A stretch of DNA of 30,506 nucleotides from a virus, in IMG/VR virus record IMGVR_UViG_3300044606_000094, positions 1 through 30,506 of that record; one strand, written 5' to 3'. Position numbers and translations under genes: made by a program. Positions 26,463 through 30,506 of the stretch are shown here, piece by piece. The notes beneath the pieces were generated by a model, which did not search any database, was not told the DNA's origin, and saw only the letters and a list, made by a program, of their open reading frames with translations. Position 1 is the stretch's first letter, and every line of letters starts with the position of its first letter.

Positions 26463-26687
26463 TTATTTACTGCAAATTTCTTCATCACCATCAAAACCTA
26501 CGATTCTTATACAACTCGCAGGTAATTCCCAGCCACCTTTTACATATTTTCTCAAGTCTATCCCTGTTACATCCCACGCAGAACATTCAATCAGCCCATT
26601 CTCAAACATCTTTTTTAGCTTTCTCCTACTCCTTATTATTTCAACTCCGTCATTATTTATCAAGAACTTTCTCTGTATCTTCTTCAT
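26463..26687 (-). CDS. Hypothetical protein
   Basis: 74-aa ORF with RBS AAGAGGA; first gene after promoter P6. Confidence 0.4.
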   Translation of the reverse strand: MKKIQRKFLINNDGVEIIRSRRKLKKMFENGLIECSAWDVTGIDLRKYVKGGWELPASCIRIVGFDGDEEICSK

Positions 26688-26816
26688 ATCATCCTCTTTT
26701 TATCTCCGCCTGCCGTTTTTTTTAAAAATCGGTCAGGGCTTACGAGATTTTTTCTTTTCTTTTTGCCTTATCTTTTTTGCTTTGCTTTTAAGAGAACTCT
26801 TTTTCCTTATACTTAT

Positions 26817-26845
26817 ATTATAGCAGACTATTGTTATTTTGTCAA
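26817..26845 (-). promoter_or_regulatory. Sigma70-type promoter P6 (TTGACA, 17 bp, TATAAT)
   Basis: -35 at 26840-26845, -10 at 26817-26822; part of a 35-bp block nearly identical to the one at 27975-28009. Confidence 0.6.
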
Positions 26846-26987
26846 GTCTTTTTTTTTATATTTTGTTTTTTCGTATTGACTTAAATCAATATGACATTTA
26901 TCAATATAAATAAAATAAACCATTGACAAACAAATAAAAATTATTTCACTTTTTTACTTTATTATTTTTGATTTTTGATATGATTAA

Positions 26988-27347
26988 CTAACTAAAATAT
27001 TTTTCTATTTCAGAAATGGCTTCCTGTGCTCCATGACAGACTACTGCTTTATATCCGTTTTCATTTAATTTTTTCAGGAAGGCTTTTTGATTTTCAGATA
27101 CAACTCCACCATGAGTTTTTTTCATCTCAATAAAAAGACCGTGATATTTTTTTCTTGCTTCAAATATCATCAGATCAGGTGTGCCTGCAGTGTAGCCCAT
27201 TCTTTTCACACGAATAGCCTTCATCATAGATAATCTTTCGCCTGATGCTCCTGCAGTAGTGAACAAAATATCAGGTTTAAATTTGCGTAAATAATTGACT
27301 ACGATTATTTGATTTTGTTCTTCCTCGTATCTCATATAAATCACCAC
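26988..27347 (-). CDS. VRR-NUC domain nuclease
   Basis: GTPDLMIFEARKKYHGLFIEMKK ... ENQKAFLKKL matches the VRR-NUC PD-(D/E)XK core. Confidence 0.75.
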   Translation of the reverse strand: MVIYMRYEEEQNQIIVVNYLRKFKPDILFTTAGASGERLSMMKAIRVKRMGYTAGTPDLMIFEARKKYHGLFIEMKKTHGGVVSENQKAFLKKLNENGYKAVVCHGAQEAISEIEKYFS

Positions 27348-27622
27348 CCCAACCTATGTTTAATATAAATTATAACAGCCTGCAGTGTTAAAGTAATCCC
27401 TGATGATACTATCATAGATGTTTTAGTATTTTCTTTTTTAATTGCTCTAATCTCTTCTAATATTCCTACCTTACCATTTCCATAGACACATTTTTCTAAT
27501 GTTTTTATCCTATTCAAAGCACCAATGTTTTCATCTTTTAATAATATCACAATCTCATCCATCTTTTTACCTATATCCTCAACCTTTTTCTCTAATAGTT
27601 CAGTATTCATATTAATTTTCAT
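27341..27622 (-). CDS. Small protein with N-terminal coiled coil and C-terminal transmembrane segment (XhlA-like?)
   Basis: Helical N-terminal part and hydrophobic tail MIVSSGITLTLQAVIIYI. Confidence 0.3.
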   Translation of the reverse strand: MKINMNTELLEKKVEDIGKKMDEIVILLKDENIGALNRIKTLEKCVYGNGKVGILEEIRAIKKENTKTSMIVSSGITLTLQAVIIYIKHRLGW

Positions 27623-27794
27623 TAAACATCTTATTTAATATATCTATTACATCATCCAAATCCTCATATCTTCCACTTTCAGAATTAAAGTTATCATAAA
27701 GAATATATAAGTCATAATATTCTTTATCATCATAACTATTTTTTGTTTTGTAAAATCTCAACTCACGAATATTTTTTAATTTATCTTTACTCAT
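27612..27794 (-). CDS. Hypothetical acidic small protein
   Basis: 60-aa ORF with RBS AAGGAGA. Confidence 0.4.
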   Translation of the reverse strand: MSKDKLKNIRELRFYKTKNSYDDKEYYDLYILYDNFNSESGRYEDLDDVIDILNKMFNEN

Positions 27795-27979
27795 CTAACA
27801 TCTCCTTAATAAATCTGCCTTTATGCTTTATCCTATCCTTTTTACTCATAATAATATTTGTGGCAGGATTCACCTTCCAATATCTTCTAACTTTTATATT
27901 TGTCTTTATCTTTTTATTATTCATAAATTTATAGGCACAAGTATAAATTATATACTTATGCCTTTTCTTCTATATCTAT

Positions 27980-28008
27980 ATTATAGCAGATTACTATTTA
28001 TTTTCAAT
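27980..28008 (-). promoter_or_regulatory. Sigma70-type promoter P7 (TTGAAA, 16 bp, TATAAT)
   Basis: -35 at 28002-28007, -10 at 27980-27985; near-duplicate of the P6 block. Confidence 0.5.
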
Positions 28009-28248
28009 GTTAGTTTTATTTAGTTTATCATTTATAATCTGCTCAACCTTCGCAAAGAACTCATCATCTTTTGTTGACTTTGTGGCTTTAACAATAGCCC
28101 TTGCCAGCGTATATACACCTGCAAGTATGCCTGTTATGATAGCAACAGTCTGCGGTGGTATCATACCACTCAATGCCTGCCATAATACAATACCTATGCT
28201 TAACGCAGTTAACCAGAACTCACTCGTTTTTACTCCTGATTTTTCCAT
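27994..28248 (-). CDS. Holin (two transmembrane segments); start revised to ATG at 28248 (MEKSGVKTSEFW...)
   Basis: Hydrophobic helices FWLTALSIGIVLWQALSG and TVAIITGILAGVYTLARAIV followed by a charged C-terminus; RBS AAGGAGG 8 nt before the internal ATG. Confidence 0.55.
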   Translation of the reverse strand: MEKSGVKTSEFWLTALSIGIVLWQALSGMIPPQTVAIITGILAGVYTLARAIVKATKSTKDDEFFAKVEQIINDKLNKTNIENK

Positions 28249-28318
28249 ATTATTAACCTCCTTCTTAACTTTTAGAAATGTTCTAAATAAATTATATATT
28301 TGTTTTATACTCATAATA

Positions 28319-28867
28319 TCATCTCCTTTTAAATAAATCAATTTCAAATCGTGGGGCATTTCCTTTTAGCCACCCAACCTGAAACCATCTTTTAAATAGA
28401 TAAAATTCTAAGTAGTATCTATTGCCATTTGTGTATTCTCTCAATTCCCATCTATATCCTTTCTTATCTTTACATAATGTAGCAAAATCTTGCTTACCGC
28501 CCGATTTTATTATTTTTATAAATTTACCTAAATTATAAGCAGAATAATTATTCCAATTGACCATCGCATTGCGTATAGCGTTGAAATAATAACTTAATAT
28601 AAACTCATTATGCCATTTCCAAATCCAAGAGGGATAATAACCTTCCTTGTTAGCATACTCAACCCCATATGTCATAAGCTCGCTATCATTCAAAAAGAAA
28701 TATAATGGCTTAAATTTTGGCTCATATAAATATCCTTCCCATAATATCTTATTGTAGTTCCTTAATTTATGCCTAAATAAATAAGCAATAGGATATATGA
28801 GAGGAGCTAATATGTCCTTTATGAGAGAAAACAATATATACCCTATAAATATTAGTTTTTCTTTCAC
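28319..28867 (-). CDS. Membrane-anchored Trp/Tyr-rich protein of unknown function
   Basis: N-terminal transmembrane helix (LIFIGYILFSLIKDILAPLIYPIAYLF) then aromatic-rich domain; GTG start after RBS AGGAGAAG. Confidence 0.45.
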   Translation of the reverse strand: MKEKLIFIGYILFSLIKDILAPLIYPIAYLFRHKLRNYNKILWEGYLYEPKFKPLYFFLNDSELMTYGVEYANKEGYYPSWIWKWHNEFILSYYFNAIRNAMVNWNNYSAYNLGKFIKIIKSGGKQDFATLCKDKKGYRWELREYTNGNRYYLEFYLFKRWFQVGWLKGNAPRFEIDLFKRR

Positions 28868-29340
28868 GATACTTCTCCTAAATCAAATATCTCTGGCATC
28901 TCGCCAAACGCCCAATTTAGCCCCATCACAGCATTTTCCTTGCCTATATTACAAACTAATGGCACATAACAATTCCATTTACCTGTATAAACTTTTGACC
29001 TGCTGGGATAGATTACAGCGATATGACCATGCCCATCAATATTCTTTTGTGATGCTACAAATATTTTAGGCACATAAAAATCAGCATGTATATCAACCTT
29101 CGGATACTTTGCTTTTAACACATCATACATCTCATTTGCCATCATCATCCTACCAAGTTGTTTATTCCAAAAATCTGATTGTTTACCTAATTCATTAAGT
29201 ATCATATACACACCCACATTACAATATGTTATACTATTTGCTCCATTCATATCCTTTTTGAATAGGTTAGCGTCTGCCAAAGTCTTGTGGCATGCTAACA
29301 ATATTTTTTGTAGTTTTAAGTCGTTGTTTTCAATAGCCAT
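28864..29340 (-). CDS. Putative cell-wall hydrolase / endolysin candidate (papain-like Cys/His motifs?)
   Basis: Sits in the lysis cassette; ITYCNVGVYMI and GHGHIAVIY loosely resemble NlpC/P60 or CHAP Cys and His motifs; weak assignment. Confidence 0.3.
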   Translation of the reverse strand: MAIENNDLKLQKILLACHKTLADANLFKKDMNGANSITYCNVGVYMILNELGKQSDFWNKQLGRMMMANEMYDVLKAKYPKVDIHADFYVPKIFVASQKNIDGHGHIAVIYPSRSKVYTGKWNCYVPLVCNIGKENAVMGLNWAFGEMPEIFDLGEVS

Positions 29341-29772
29341 TTATTGTCTCTTCTCTAATGTTTCAATAATGTAATAAGACGTTCATTATCTATTATGTCG
29401 TATACTTCTTTGAATGAAAAAGTATGCCCAGTTGCCAAGAATAAACATATGTTTTTCTTATTATTATTTTTCTGCATTGATACCTCCTAATGTATTATTT
29501 CTCTTATTATCCTCATACTCATCTTCGTAAGAAATTCTATATCCATTAACACATTACTTCTTATGCTATGTCTTGCAGTATAAGCAAAAGGATAAAGCAA
29601 GGCGGATATTGTTCTTTTAATTGGCTCAATTACCAAAAATAAAATAATCATATATTATAACTCCTTTCGCCAATCAAATTTATACTTGCTTTTGTCTTTT
29701 TTGCTTTTAATAATTCTTATGTATGTTTTTATAGCGTCTTTTTTTCTTATTTTAATTTTCATAGTTTATTAG

Positions 29773-30506
29773 TTAAAATATTCTTGTAACCGCAAAATAG
29801 CTAAAAATTGGACGAAGCACTAAATTGCTTCCAACAGTATATTTAACAAAAGTTTCTATATAATCATTTACATTAAGACAAGCAGGAACTGCCACGCCAA
29901 AAGTAAGCCCGCCATGTGCGTTTGGCCCACTTGTACTCCCTTCTTGATATATGAGACCATTTATATTAAGTGCTAAAAACTTATCTGACACTGTGCCATC
30001 CCCACCCTTAAATAAATTAGCATTAACTGTAATTAAATAACACCCGTTTTGCGTAACAATATATTTATCGTTTGTTGTGTCATAATATCCATTTTTGTTA
30101 ATAATTATGTTATCCCAATCAACCTTATAATAAGTATTATCCGCTGGTAATGTTTGCTCCGAACTCCTTTTAGCAAAAAACACTGCTCCGTTATATGATA
30201 AAATTCCATTAGTAGTTATATTTACAATATACCCGTCGCTTGAATTACTATTACTATCAATAGTCAAAGCATACTGCTGGCTTGAATTGGCATTAATTGT
30301 TATACTTGAATTAAATACACTGTTATTCTGATATTTATTCTGCCCAGTCCAAGTTTGAGTAGCAGATAACACAGCATCACCGCCACCAGCAGGACTACCC
30401 CAAGATACAGTTCCTGAACCATTTGTTTTTAGGAATTGACCATTTGACCCATCAGCGGTTGGTAGTGTATAATTGCCTATTTTTAGATTTGATGTAAACC
30501 TACCAT
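29773..30506 (-). CDS. Tail fibre protein, 3' part with C-terminal C1q/TNF-like globular domain (in frame with 1-742 across the circular junction)
   Basis: Frame stays open from 30468 to the listed ORF at 30372 (checked). C-terminal sequence YKVDWDNIIINKNGYYD...KYIVTQNGCYLITVNA resembles a C1q-type jelly-roll head. The listed start at 30372 is a GTG inside the open frame. Confidence 0.65.
   Translation of the reverse strand, partial: GRFTSNLKIGNYTLPTADGSNGQFLKTNGSGTVSWGSPAGGGDAVLSATQTWTGQNKYQNNSVFNSSITINANSSQQYALTIDSNSNSSDGYIVNITTNGILSYNGAVFFAKRSSEQTLPADNTYYKVDWDNIIINKNGYYDTTNDKYIVTQNGCYLITVNANLFKGGDGTVSDKFLALNINGLIYQEGSTSGPNAHGGLTFGVAVPACLNVNDYIETFVKYTVGSNLVLRPIFSYFAVTRIF
30471..30506. repeat. 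Terminal direct repeat, copy 2 (identical to 1-36)
   Basis: Exact 36-nt identity with 1-36; repeat may extend beyond the window edge. Confidence 0.9.

Noticed and set aside
26404-26823. Plus-strand 139-aa ORF (and 26241-26441) across the promoter P6 region
   Set aside because: Runs through the intergenic GC-rich hairpin and a minus-strand promoter, hydrophobic low-complexity product; every other gene is on the minus strand.
26876-26950. Plus-strand TTGACT/TTGACA hexamers in the intergenic region before the VRR-NUC gene
   Set aside because: No acceptable -10 at the right spacing and no plus-strand gene downstream; probably chance in AT-rich DNA.
27787-27924. 45-aa basic minus-strand ORF in the leader of promoter P7
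   Set aside because: No Shine-Dalgarno before its ATG and it overlaps the start of the downstream gene out of frame; more likely untranslated leader.
28007-28336. Plus-strand 109-aa ORF antisense to the holin gene
   Set aside because: Mirror image of the holin hydrophobic segments; typical antisense artefact.
1-30506. tRNA or other structured RNA genes
   Set aside because: No cloverleaf-compatible segment with a T-loop GTTCRANYC-type motif was seen by eye; a tRNAscan run would be needed to confirm absence.

Overview
This window looks like a complete, circularly assembled genome (about 30.47 kb) of a siphovirus-like tailed phage from a low-GC host. It is AT-rich, and most genes have strong AGGAGG Shine-Dalgarno sites, which points to a Firmicutes-type host. 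Positions 1-36 are identical to 30471-30506, so the contig wraps, and the tail-fibre gene reads in frame across that junction. Every credible gene is on the minus strand; plus-strand ORFs in the track look like antisense artefacts. Reading in the direction of transcription (descending coordinates), the order is: early genes (VRR-NUC nuclease, RadC-like JAB protein, small HTH regulators), a RecT plus PD-(D/E)XK exonuclease recombination pair, a replication initiator with internal iterons plus a DnaC-like loader, a tight three-gene module (ParB-like, ABC-ATPase/GNAT fusion, ASCH), then terminase small and large subunits, portal fused to an SPP1 gp7-like domain, prohead protease, HK97-type capsid, head-tail joining proteins, major tail, G/GT chaperone, tape measure, distal tail proteins, tail fibre and a lysis cassette. 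Seven sigma70-type promoters (consensus CTTGACAA, 16-18 bp spacer, TATAAT-like -10) sit in intergenic gaps, three of them placed so that the mRNA would be leaderless. No integrase, tRNA or CRISPR array was recognised. The most interesting candidate for an undescribed system is the ParB-like / ABC-ATPase-GNAT / ASCH module at 16032-17880. All family assignments are by eye from motifs and gene order; no database search was run.
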